A stretch of DNA of 64,000 nucleotides from Takakia lepidozioides. Taxonomy: Eukaryota; Plantae; Bryophyta. The notes beneath the pieces are model-generated. The model made no database searches and was not told where the DNA came from. It saw only the letters and a list, made by a program, of their open reading frames with translations. This document shows positions 13,626-25,800 of the stretch, in pieces. The stretch covers positions 10,478,001 to 10,542,000 of the forward strand of contig CM060731.1 in the NCBI GenBank assembly GCA_030704615.1, in the 5' to 3' direction. The position numbers and the translations under genes were made by a program. Each line of letters opens with the position of its first letter. The first letter of the stretch is position 1.

Positions 13626-13787
13626 GTAAGTCGAAGCGCCGAATTACCTTCCTGCAGGTAATTCTGAGCGTGGACTTGTTTTTCGGAGAAAAACAAACTA
13701 AACTGTTAGTTTTGTGGCTGAAGTTCACTTTTAGACACGTTTTTCATGGAATCCTTGACTGCTAGAGGGAAATCCGAGCGGCCTCGA

Positions 13788-14840
13788 ACGGAAATTCGGC
13801 GCCGTTTTTCCATCCTGGGAGGTTTTTATATCGTCCAGTTTTGGGCCTCACCACCCGACCGGACTTCTTTTGAGGGGTCCCGGATGGAAATTTGGCGGCG
13901 AATTTCCATCCGGGGGATGGTCTCTGTCGGACAGGTGCCGGCCTCTACGCCCGAGGCGACTTCGTCCGGGCGTCCCTTGTTGGATATTCGGTGCCGAATT
14001 TCCGTCCGGGGGTTGAAATGTGACGGCCAGGTGCCGGCCTCTCCCCCCTCCCCGACTGCATCCAGACTGCCCCGCACGGAAATTCGGCGCCGTTTTTTCC
14101 ATCCTGGGAGGTTTTTATATCGTCCAGTTTTGGGCCTCACCACCCGACCGGACTTCCTTTGAGGGGGCCCGGATGGAAATTCGGCGCCGAATTTCCATCC
14201 GGGGGATGGTCTTTGTCGGATAGGTGCCGGCCTCTCCGCCCGAGGCAACTTCGTCCGGGCGTCCCCTGTTGGATATTCGGTGCCGAATTTCCGTCCGGGG
14301 GTTGAAATGTGACGGCCAGGTGCCGGCCTCTCCCCCCTCCCCGACTGCATCCGAACGGCCCCGGATGGAAATTCGGCGCCGATTTCCCATCTGGGGAGGT
14401 TTTTATGTCGGCCAGTTTTCGGCCTGCCCCCCCGACATGACTTCGTTTGGGGGGGCCCGGATGGAAATTCGGCGCCGAATCTCCATCCAGGGGATGCTCT
14501 CTGTCGAACACGCGCCGGCCTCTACGCCCGAGGCGACTTCATCCAGGCTTCCCCTGTTTGGATATTCGGTGCCGAATTTCCGTCCGGGGGTTGTAATGTG
14601 AGCGCCAGGTGGCGGCCTTTCCCCCGAGCCGACTGCATCCGAACGGCCTCGGATGGAAATTATGTCAGCCAGTTTTCGGCCTGACCCCCCGACACGACTT
14701 CCTTTGGGGGGATCCGAATGGAAATTCGGCGCTGAATTTCCATCCGGGGGTTGTTCTCTGTCGGACAGGTTCCAGCCTCTCTACCCGAGGCGACTTCATA
14801 CGTGCGGCCCCTGCTGGATATTCGGTGCCGAATTTTCATC
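13788..14840. repeat. Palindrome array B, 96-bp units in a ~289-bp higher-order repeat
   Basis: Cores at 13798, 13894, 13990, 14086, 14183, 14279, 14375, 14471, 14568, 14728, 14824. Spacer sequences recur every third unit. Confidence 0.95.
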
Positions 14841-15142
14841 CGGGGGTAGTAATGTGACGGCACGGTGCCGGCTTCTCCCCTTCAGCCGACATCATCCGGA
14901 CGGCCCCCCACTTTCTGACTGCATACCGTTTGCAGTTATTGCGCAAAGACCAGGGGCCGCATTCCTGAGACAAGGTTCATTAACACTCTGACTGTGGATT
15001 TTTGAGATAGTTGGCTCCTTGGATTTGGATCAGGCTTTGTCGCTCGGACAAATCGGCACCGCATTCCTTCCCATCGCTGCATCCCCCTTCTACCAGGGAG
15101 CTTGCCCCACGCCATTCTGGGAGTCTTGTGTGCACATCTCAC

Positions 15143-18100
15143 ATGGCAGAAAACCCGAGCGCTACAGTGTACTGCCCTCCTCACGAGCATAGAGCTTCAT
15201 TTCCATGCAGAGGGGACATCTGCCGGGTGATGGAGAAATATCTGTGCGTTCGATACCACCTGAAACCGGGGTCGGTTTTTTTGGAGGAGGAAAGGAAGGA
15301 CTCAAACGGCGTTGTTGTCGAGAGTATTGTTGTGCTCCACGACGATTTCGGCGATGGCAGGGAATGGCGAGTTCCACCATCGGACAATGTCATATACAGG
15401 GCTGTTGGGGACTTCATTTGCCCGCCAAATGCACCTTCTATCCTGGCGCCTTCCACGAAACAATCCGCGAATCAGAGAGTGGCTACCTCAAAGAGAGAAG
15501 TCCGCAACGAAGTAAATCCAGAGCCGAACCCATCCATGAAGACGAGCGAGAACCGGGTTGTTCACAACCTGTCCGACTCAGACGAGGTCATGGAAGTTCC
15601 GAGGTCGTCCTGGAGATCAGGCAAGTCCTCAATGGACGTCAGTGGACGAGGGAGTCATATTCCCAGCACGAGCACCGCAGTTCGATCTATTCTTGAAATT
15701 CTGCGAGGGCTTCACATGGAGGGACATCGCTCGGAGCTGGCCGGGCTGGACTACAACAAGTTTGCAATTAAATCGGTTACATGCCTTCCCGCAGACGTCG
15801 ACGGTAATATCTTCTTTGAGTTCCCTCCTCGGACGGACTACTCAAGGGCGTCCGGAATGTTGACAGATATGGATAGAAAACATGATGGTCATCCTTGGTG
15901 CGTCACCAAAACCACCAGCATGAAGATGCTCGATGGTGTGCGGGTGCGCTACGTTGTTTGTGCGGGCGCGTTGCGGTGTTTCTCCCCAACTTGCTTCCAT
16001 TTTAAATCCAGAGGTCACAGGAACGAGACCGATTGGACAGGCACAGCTCATCAACCATTTCGTGCTCAGGAGAAGGTTCCGAACTCCACATTTAAGTGTG
16101 CGCATTGCAAAGAACCACCACACTGCATGTCTATTTGTAATGCCAAGCAGTTCTATGTGTTGCACTGTTTCCCTGACCTCACCCGAGCTTACATACACGT
16201 TGGTTCCCATTGTCACAAATTGGCAAGGGGGAACTCGCGGGAGGCTGCCCACGAGGCAGAGCAGCTCGTTCAGGAGGAGGTTAAGTTGAGACCGGGTACC
16301 AAACCCAAACAGATACAGCTCCAAGCCGCCCATAAGATGGCCTTGGCTTGAATTATGTCGGAAGACGGCTCCGATAGAGTTCCTCTCAATGAGAAGGAAA
16401 TGGAGGCATTGCTGGAGTCGGTGTCCCACGTATGTTCACCGAATGTGCGAAACCACATTGTCTCATGCAAACAGAAAATTGGGCGTGGCTCGGATATGCA
16501 CTCCATTCTGGAGGTGAAGCGACGATGTGGATATGACTACATTCATGGAAGTAGGTTTCCAGGACAAGGGAGTGAGGCAGATCGTTGTTTCGTATTCAAA
16601 ATGTCCACGTGTGGACCTGGCAGCAGCGTCGAACTGGTCGACAGGATGACGAGTGGGGACTTGTCAAACAGTTGGGTCATGTTCGACCATATCAAGCGAA
16701 TTACAAATCACCAGTGGGTGACAATGGGTGCACATGTCTACGACACCCACTGCAGGATGCTAATGACAATTGCTATTTGTGAGATGAAAGGAGAGGACAC
16801 ACAATCGGAGATGCTTCTTTGGCAGGGAATAAACGAACAGATGGCCAAGGCGGGATTGCCCCCTCCCAATTTCCGTGGTTTCATGGCGGACAACGCACAA
16901 GCAAATTGGGCTGCCATCCGAAGGGTGTACGGGCAAGACCCCAATGTTCCCATGGAAGGCAATGAGAGATCTTGTGGGTTCCATTTTCTGTAGAGCCTTT
17001 CGCAGTACACAACCAGGCTCGTGGCGCCATATTTCAGAGAGGAGCACCGTTCCATGTGTCTTGCGTGGAAGCGCGCTCCCACCTTGGATGATGCAGAGAC
17101 ACAGTTTGCATGTATATGGGCTTGGTGGACATCGTCAGGTGCTGTAAGGAAATCAGACGAGGGAGCAATGGTCAGTTGGCTAGCATGGTGACATTATCGT
17201 TTCCTCCAGTTCGGCGACTATATGCGGGAGGTGAGTTGCACGAATTCGCGTCCCGTTGAATATTATTCTTGGCATTATTTGTAACTTGCTTGTAACCTCA
17301 ACATGTGCTTGTGCAGGAAATGTGTCTCGACTCCGACACCGACATGCCCACGACAAACATGGCCAAATCAGTGCATTCTTCCTGGCGTGCCTCCTCTGCT
17401 GCGCATCTGGTGGACATCCTCACTGCCACAACGGAGGACATTGTGAAGTCAATTATGCAGCAATGCAGGTACAACGAGTTCTTGAAATGGAAACAGTGGG
17501 GCTTGGGGCTGGACAGGCAGGAAATGCTGATGCGGACTGCCTCCAGATCGAAGAATCCTCAAAAGTGGGCAGCGGCCTTGCGAGAGGGCCTTCGGGACAC
17601 GCCATTCCTTCGAAGAGGCCAACATTCGGAAGGAGATGTTCATACCCGTCCAGTGAGACGAAGACTTGACGAGGCACCTGGCGGGGAAGAGGATTCATGG
17701 CGAGCTGACAAGAATATTCGCACGCTCCCTCGTGGTCCCGTGATGTTGCCCGAGGAGGTCTTGTCGAGCACCACAAGTCCTGCACGTTCAAGATCGTCAT
17801 CTCCTTTGAGCACAGGGCACGTGCCCGAGGAACATAACGAGCCATCTGTAGTAACGCAGTACAACATACCCATTGTGGAGACAAGAGTGTCGGAGTCACA
17901 GTGGAGAATTGTAAGGACATTGCCGGCATTTTGAGGGAAGTGTTGCGCCATTCGGGTGGGTACGAGAGCACGCTGTGGTGAGATGATTCGGAGGAACCCA
18001 CACGGTGCTGTACCTGCACCTTGTTTCAGCGGCAGATTTTTGACTCCCACATTTGCTCATGCCACAACGCAGACGTTTTGATTCTGTAGGCACGACATAA

Positions 18101-18690
18101 TGACCTATGTATTTGGCAAGCCCAAGTACGGGATTCAGGGAATGCCGGAGCCTCCGGGCGTCTGGCCTGTTGCACCGGGTTGCAGCCTCTCTCAGAATGA
18201 GGCGGATGCTCTATCTGCAGCAGGATTTTGAATGGTGCAACGCACAGATGTCCCGGCCCACGCATTTCCAGTTCCTCAGACCCAGCCATTGCAGACTGCT
18301 CGGTCCAGTAGAGACGGATTGGACAATTCTGCACATCCCATAATGCGATTCGGAAGAGTGAAGAGACGACACCCTCCCAACAAGTTGAATGAGACTCGGA
18401 TTGCCAATGCTCTTGGGATGGCTTGCACTATTCAGAGCTCCGTGGACGTACCTCCACCCGGCCTTGGGCGTGTTTATCGGACGATTGAAGTGGAGCCGAC
18501 TTGCAATTGTACGGACTTCTCGTTGATGGAAGCAAAGAAGGGTTCAAAGTATTATCCGTGCAAGCATCTGTATTACATTTACCTGAAGAGGTTGAGGATG
18601 AACGTGACTATTGATGACTTTATTCATGCACCGGCGTTGAGCGTGAATGAGCTGCACAAACTCCTCCTTAGGGATTCCAGAAATCATTGA
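15143..18690 (+). pseudogene. Mutator-like transposase with N-terminal GCM/WRKY-like Zn domain and C-terminal SWIM finger; intron 17231-17316; premature stops
   Basis: W..T...CAGALRC...C...CxxC...C...HVGSHCH; WVMFDH (D1); FMADNAQANW..RRVY (D2); CGFHF; TTNMA(K)SVH (E region, here K); CNC..F...PCKH SWIM. In-frame stops at 16349, 16991, ~17189, 17932 and ~18079. Confidence 0.88.
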
Positions 18691-18847
18691 TGGGGCAAAG
18701 GGAATCCTCCATATGGATATTTTCAATTGCATTTTCATGTATCAGACTTTTTTTTTGCAGTGTAATGAAATGCACCCCAAAACTCCTGGAATGAGGCAAT
18801 ATTCCATTCAAACTGAGATCCAACAGAAGCAGTTGTGGGGCCATTTC

Positions 18848-19242
18848 TGGAAAAATGGCGCCAAATTTCTCTATTTTGGGCCGAAAACTGGCTAAGTCCC
18901 AACATGCATTGGTACCCATGTGTCTGGAAAAATGGCGCCGAATTTCCCTATTTTGGGCCGAAAACTGGCTAAGTCCGAACATGCTCGGGAACGATGTCTG
19001 GAAAAATGGCGCCGAATTTCCAGTTACATGGCCCAGAACTGCCCAACATCTGTGCAATCCCCGGTACCATGTACCGAAATTCGGCGCCACATTTCCAAAT
19101 TTTGGGCTTACACACCTGTCATGAGGGGACCTATAGCCGCGGAATTCGGCACCATTTTTCGCCAGAGAGACTTATTACCGCGAAATACGTCGCGATTCTT
19201 TCCGGTTACGGACCCTATTACCGCGAAATTCAGCGCCATTTT
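18848..19242. repeat. Palindrome array C (subterminal)
   Basis: Cores at 18857, 18934, 19008, 19083, 19148, 19232. Confidence 0.85.
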
Positions 19243-19663
19243 TGCACATGTCGCTGGGAATTGGCATGAGCGGAAGACGAAATATCATGAGCACAACTCT
19301 CAAAACTACAATTTCCCCTTCAAGGTGCCGAATAATATATTTGTTTTTTCTGACACATTCCATTAAATTAATGTTTTATAATGTTTTTTATTTTCGAAAT
19401 TTGTATTTCTGCTCATGAAAACCGATTGTCTTGCTACTCCGCTCATGCCGCTCATGCCGCTCATGCTCATGAAATAGCTAACCTCCTCTCTGTTACCCTG
19501 CCATGGAAAAAAAAAAAAAAAAAACAACATGAAAATATGATACAAAAACAACCAAATTTCGACACAGCAATCCAATTTCCAGTTCATAGAGTGCATGACA
19601 GTCAAGAACATTGTCTATTTCGGCGCCGCAATAGGCAGTACACAAGGATGTAGTTGTATACTT

Positions 19664-20545
19664 ACAGATTTATATCCGCCATGGCACCCTTCAGCAGTCC
19701 TCTGTCCCTCACGTCCACCTTCACAACAATGCAGTCCACCATGTAATGCCAATTGATATCTTGCGGATGCATTTCAGCAATGTACTCTGTCCAGGCAAGC
19801 ATCCTGTGGTTCCCGTCCCAAACGAAGAACATCTTCCCTGCCATGTGTGCGAATGTGGGATTAGTCTTCAGAGAGGCTTCAAACTCGGCATTTACAGTGT
19901 GCCAGTGGGGGCTCCAATTCTGAAGCTCGACCTCTGCAGTGGGGCCCCTTGTGACACCGTGGTCATTCTCAATGGAAACGTAGAATACTGCCGACCCCCG
20001 TCTGTACCCCTCTCTGAAGTTGTGCTTCAGTCAATCGATGTCCCCTGGCAGTGCTTGTCTTACAACTGGAAGGCTAACCATGCGACACAAAGGAACTTTG
20101 AGGTTCTCCGGATACACCATGGAGCCCAAAACGCGGCCTATGTTGCTATGAGTCTCTACCAGGAACCTGTTTGCTGCTATGTTCATGTCTCGTGCGCTCA
20201 TGAGTATACCTGCCATTAGTTTCTTACTTCTATCACCTCTCTCACTTCCCTCACCCCTCTCACCAGCCTGTCTACTGTCCTGGAGGTTTTGCTCCTCCGC
20301 AAGCTCCAGCAGGTTTTGATCGTCGTCAAGTCGCACCACGTTGTCGTCATCTGCTTCTGTCAGCTCAATGGGCCGCCCTTCTCCAGATCCGAGTCTCCAG
20401 CGGCCTCCACCGCATCCGTGTTTTCTGAAACTGCCTGCAAACCCAATATCTCCGCTTCCAGTCTCCCAAGTGGTTGTACTGGCGAAGCCATAGGCTCTTT
20501 CTGCTTCCTCGGCTTCCGGACTCTAGGTGGGCTTTTCTGAGGCAA
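19664..20545 (-). pseudogene. ParB/Srx-like domain gene, 5' exon(s) (paralog of the gene at 8239)
   Basis: Read through a CGA>TGA stop at 20031-33: VPLCRMVSLPVVRQALPGDID*LKHNFREGYRRGSAVFYVS...GKMFFVWDGNHRMLAW...AMADIN, then a GTAAGT donor at the same position as the GT at 8408. Further upstream exons probably extend to ~20930. Confidence 0.82.
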
Positions 20546-21184
20546 TTTCTGAGGTGTTGAATGAGGAGTTGTCTACCTCGATGCACTTCCACCTTGCGAG
20601 CGCAGCACCCGGGCAGGAGTATCCAAAAGTGACTGTGTTGGCTCGCCCCCATGTGATCCCTCTCCAGCTCCCATGTCAAACAAACAGGAAAACATGACAC
20701 ACTGCACGCAAAAAAAAAGGTATAAAAGGAATAGTGCGTATGGAGTGCTTCACATCCGCGAAGCATGAATCTCTCACTGGTGGACGATCCAAGTCTCCGG
20801 ATAACGAGGTCTGCATTTCTTGCATGAGACGGAGCTTAAGACGTGTCGTCGGTGGCTTCCCAAAATCCCGCGTCCTCCTTCTCTGCGCCGGAATCGCCTG
20901 ACCTTCTATAAACTCTATGCTATCACTATGTTGCATAAGGAGAGGAAACGCAGAAGAATGTCACTGCAGAAGGGCAAGGAGCGAGAGAGCGAAGCGGTGG
21001 AACATGCAACCACTGTGCACGAGCAGATGCGTAAGCAGCCACGTCTCCCGAAGCGTTGCCACCGTCCACCACTTTCTGCTGTATGGGTATGAAGAGATTG
21101 CGACCCTTGACACGTTCGCACGGATGAAGTCGGCTGGAATACGACGCGTGCCTGTTCAAGCCACCAGTAGAAGACGCTTTATCC

Positions 21185-22610
21185 CAATTGCGGCGCCGAA
21201 ATACCGTTCCGTTCACCGGATGCTGTTCCCGGACCAGCCGGCATTGAATGAACTATCCACACATCATGAAACCCAACCGCCATGAAATTCCCCTGCCTAC
21301 CGACATTCAACAGTCAGGTCATCAGCGGACGGATGAATTTCGGCGCCGCAATTCATCGCTTCCCCAGTCCTCATCCGTCATGAGCAAACCTGTCAGTCGG
21401 ATATCGGAGCCGGAATTAATTCCGGGACAGTGGAGACGGCTGCACTTGGGCACATTTCATCCATATTTCGACGCCGAAATTCATTAAGAATATCTCCGTC
21501 CGCGCGGAGACGAGGTGAAATCATCCATATTTCGGCGCCGAAATACATCCAGCGCGAAGACTAAATCGGCACCATGCTACGCTTTGCCGCCATCATTGCC
21601 CCTCACGGTTGCTGTCCATGCCTGTTGGACTTGCCATGTATGGACTGTTTAGTATATTTTCGGCGCCGAAATTATACTTTATGTGCGGCAACGTCCTGTA
21701 CGAAAAATGACCACTTAATGGATACTGTCAGTTTCAAATGAAAACAACGGCTAAAATGCAATTAATTTTCCCCCAACATGAAAAAATATCCCCTTTCGTC
21801 ATTGGATAACGGCCTTTTGAAAAACATAAGGGGTTGAATGTGCCGATTTCTCCATTTAATGCAGAATATTCGTGTTATCTTTGTCTGAATGGGTTATTTC
21901 AAACAAATTTCGGAACCTTACATCATCCAGAAGCAAGAAGTAAGTGTCGGGTTCGGACGAATTTCGGCGCCGAAATTCATCCGTCGCATAGAAAATGTAT
22001 TATTAGAGTTACCCTTTGCGGACAGTAAGGATGAATTTCGGCGCCGAAATTCATTGCTCGCGAAGAAAAAAGAAAATTTGAAGGGAGGACTTTGGATGAA
22101 TTTCGGCGCCGAAATTCATCTGTCGCAAGGAAAAATAAAAATGAAGGGAGGACTTCAGATGAATTTTGGCGCCGAAATTCATCCAACGTCGTCCCTCCAA
22201 CAATTTTTTTCCCATGCGAACGATGAATTTCGGCGCTGAAATTTATCTCTACTGTCGATTCAGAATTACTGTCATTCGGATGTCGGCACCGAAATCCGGA
22301 CACGTGGTGAAGCATGACTGTAATCACGAACACATTCATCAGTATTTCGGCGCCGAAATTCATCCCTTATGTGCAGAGACAATTTCATGAAGAACATGTT
22401 CATCTGAATTTCGGCACCGAAATCCATCTGTCGGGTGCTTGCTCAGTTTCATGAGGTGAACAAATTTCGATTTCTGTCGCCAGAATTCATTCCGTGGTTC
22501 CAAATCTGTTGCATGACAGAGATATTCATCCAGATTTCGGTGCCGAAATTCATGAGAAGGCCTGATTTATTGTAGCCCAACTGGTGGTACATCGCAATTC
22601 AGGCACCCAA
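21185..22610. repeat. Palindrome array D (GATGAATTTCGGCGCCGAAATTCATC), between the divergent genes
   Basis: Cores at 21342, 21406, 21470, 21534, 21662, 21912, 21966, 22040, 22105, 22168, 22232, 22285, 22349, 22413, 22476, 22539, 22602. Confidence 0.93.
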
Positions 22611-22800
22611 TATCCAATGTGAACTTGCTGTGGTCATCCGTATTTGTAACGTACGTTACACACCTTCATCCATACGTGCACTGATCACCCATCCTGTTGG
22701 ATACAGAATCCTCCATAAAATAATTGTGGTATTATGTAGGACACACTCTTCTCATTGCAGGACTTCGCTGCGGAGCGTACCGAGAGTTGCAGTCTTCAAC

Positions 22801-25800
22801 ATGGACTCCCGTGTTTGGGTAAACGTGTACTTCCATCCTGATTATCTGAAAGCTAAAATACCCTGCGACCAAGGATTTGCAATTGTCACTGAGCAGTACT
22901 TGTGTGTGAAGTTCGGGCTCCGCCCTGGAACGGTGTTTTTGAAAGAGGAGACGAAGGATGCTTATGGAAATTTTCTGGAAAGTGCCTTCATTCTGCATGC
23001 AAATTTCGGAAAGGGCAAAGATTGGCGGCTCCCAGCTTCTGAATCCATCCGGTACAGTGCAATTGGTAAAATCATGCCTAAAGAGTTCCCACGCTGGAAC
23101 TTGGTTGATCCTCCTTCCACAAGAGGGTCTGGCGTGCAAGATGTGAAGTCTATCATGAAGGATGTGGGCACCTCTTCACAAGCAGAGAAGCCCAAACATG
23201 TGAAAAGGGAAATCGAGGAAAACAGGGAAACAGTCGTCCACGACTTATCCAGTGACGATGAAGACTGTATGGTCCTTCCATCGTATGTTTCGAAGTCGTC
23301 CGTCACTAGTAGTGTTCAGAAGTCGGTAAACAATGAGCACACACCCTCCGACTCAACTTCCGTCCGCTCAGTAATCGACATATTGTGGAGGATGAAGACA
23401 ACGGGTTCCCGCTCCAGTGACCTTCTTAGGCGATTACGACAAAACTCCAATCCATTCTGTGGAAACTTTGCCTGAAGTTGTGGATGGGAATGTTATCTAC
23501 AAGTTCCCTCAAGTACCGGCAAGCGTAGGCCCAGACGGCATGCTGACAGGAATTAACAGGAAACATGACGACCACCCTTGGTGTGTCACCAAAACTTCAT
23601 CGTCCAACCTGGGTGATGGAGTTCGAGTGAGATATGTATTGTGTGCTGGGCATCTTAAATGTTCTCAAGCACATGTTACCACTACACGAGCAAAGGCACC
23701 CGGAATGAGACAGACTGGATTGGCAATTTGTCGACCTCATTTTGGCCTCAAGGTAGAGTTCCTGCAGGGACGTTCAAGTGTGCCCATTGCAACGCAGCCC
23801 CTACGTGTATGGCAGTGTGCAACGCCAAGCAGTACTACGTCGGGACCGTCGGCCCAACGTGCACGAGAGCATGCATTCTCATCGGAAAGCATGACCACCC
23901 CGTCGCCAGAGGCAATTGCAGAGTCGCTTTTCAACAAGCCCACGATATTATCAAGGAGGAGGTGAGGTTGAGGCCGGGAGCAAAAAGCAGATACAGCTCG
24001 CATCCCACTACAATAGATCGCGGTAGTTATGACTGCCAAACCGTGGTAGTCATGGTTTTCATGACTTTGACCATGACTGCACCATGTTTTTACATGAAAT
24101 TGACCTCCTGCAGTCATTCATACGACTGTAGTCATATGAACGACTATCTAAATAGTCGTCTGTATGACTACATGGCTCCGGAATGGGCGGAAGGCTGGTC
24201 AACGACAATTGACCAGATTTAGCTCACCATTCATAGTCATTTCCATGACTACAATGTACATGGATGAGGTTACATAGTCATGATGACTACTAGGGATTTT
24301 GTAATTTGGTGTGTATAATACAATTAAAACACCATATGATTATATGAATGACTAATGGGTGTATTGGGTAACAGGTAGTGAACTATAATTCTTATAATAA
24401 AGAGGTTGTAGGTTCAAACTCCTCTAAGTACAATCAAATGGATAAGATGGCCTTAGGGTTAGTAGGCGAGCTAGGGATAGCACGTGGTACCCTAGATGGA
24501 CTGCCACATGGTTTTTTCATTATTATAAAATGCATTATGCCACGTGGCACAATGCGGTGCGACACGGCGTTTGACACATGTTTTTATTTTGTTAGTTTTT
24601 TTTTAATTTAATTTAATTTTTTAAATCAATTGCGCCTCGCCACGTGGCGCGGCAACGGCGGCTGCAGTATGGTATATATGACTGCAGTGAGAGATATCAC
24701 TTGGTTCATATGACTGTAGTCATCCGGACCGTACCATCATGTACTCATTGTATTGACTTGGTTTGCTCGACTTAAAGTCATAGAAGTCATATGTACCGTT
24801 TATGACTGCAGAATAGTCATATATACAGTCATAAATACCGCGATATGTTGTAGTATCCGTACATAGAATTGCAATTGGCAGAATAATGTCGGAGGACGGA
24901 AGCACAAGAGAGAAGCTGGGTGAGGGGGACATGAAGGAGCTGCTGGAAGCTGTCTCCCATGTGTGCAGCCCCAATGTCAGGAACCACATTGTCGGCTGCA
25001 AGAAACGAATCGGAAGAGGATCAGACATGTAGTCCATCTTGGAAGTGAAGCGCACATGCGGCTACGACTTTATCCAGGGCAGCTTTTTTCCCGGTCAAGG
25101 CTCGGAGACGGACATGTGCTTCATATTTAAGATGTCAACGTGCAAGCTGGGGAGCGGTGTCGATTTGGTGAAGCAGATGACCAGTGGAGACCTCTCAAAT
25201 TGCTGGGTCATGTTCGACCACATCAGACAAATTACCAACCACGATTTGGTGACAATGGGGGCACATGTATATGACCCACATTGCAGAAAATTGATGACCA
25301 TTGCTATCTGCAAAATGAAAGGAGAAGACACAGATTCGGAGTTGCATATGTGGCGCGGAATTAATGAGCAAATGGCGAGAGCGAAGTTGCCCCCTCCCGA
25401 TTTTAGGGGCTTCATGGCTGACAATGCCCAGGCGAACTGGGTTGCAGTGAGAAGGGTATATGGGGACGACCCAAAGACTCCAATGGAAGGTAAGGAGAGA
25501 TCTTGCGGGTTTCACTTCATGCAGAGTTTGACGCAAAATACAAAAAGGATCGTGGCGTCACGCCACCGGCATGATCATATCAGTATGTGCCTTGCGTGGA
25601 AAAATGCGAATTCCATCGACGAGGCGGAGACCGAGTTTGCAACCATATGCGTCTGGTGGGTGTCTTCAGGGGCAGTGGATGTGAAAGATCAGCCAGAACT
25701 GCAAACGTGGCTTGCATGGTGGCACTATAGATTCCGCCAGTTTGGAGACTACATGAGACAGGTAACACATTTTGTACTTGACAATTGTTCTGTTTTGTGC

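Larger units (their letters stand above)
12621..19486 (+). mobile_element. MULE-like element 1 (palindrome arrays + transposase + right terminus)
   Basis: Transposase gene; terminus gctcatgaaatagctaacctcc at 19465-19486; GCTCATG subterminal repeats at 19411-19471. Confidence 0.78.

Noticed and set aside
12794-14991. Many ORFs with MEIRRRISI/GNSAPNFHP repeats
   Set aside because: Translations of stop-free palindromic repeats on both strands.
21955-22550. CRISPR-like array (26-bp palindromic repeats with ~37-bp spacers)
   Set aside because: Spacers are related to one another (one is an inverted version), repeats are perfect loopless palindromes, there are no cas genes, and the context is a eukaryotic TE.
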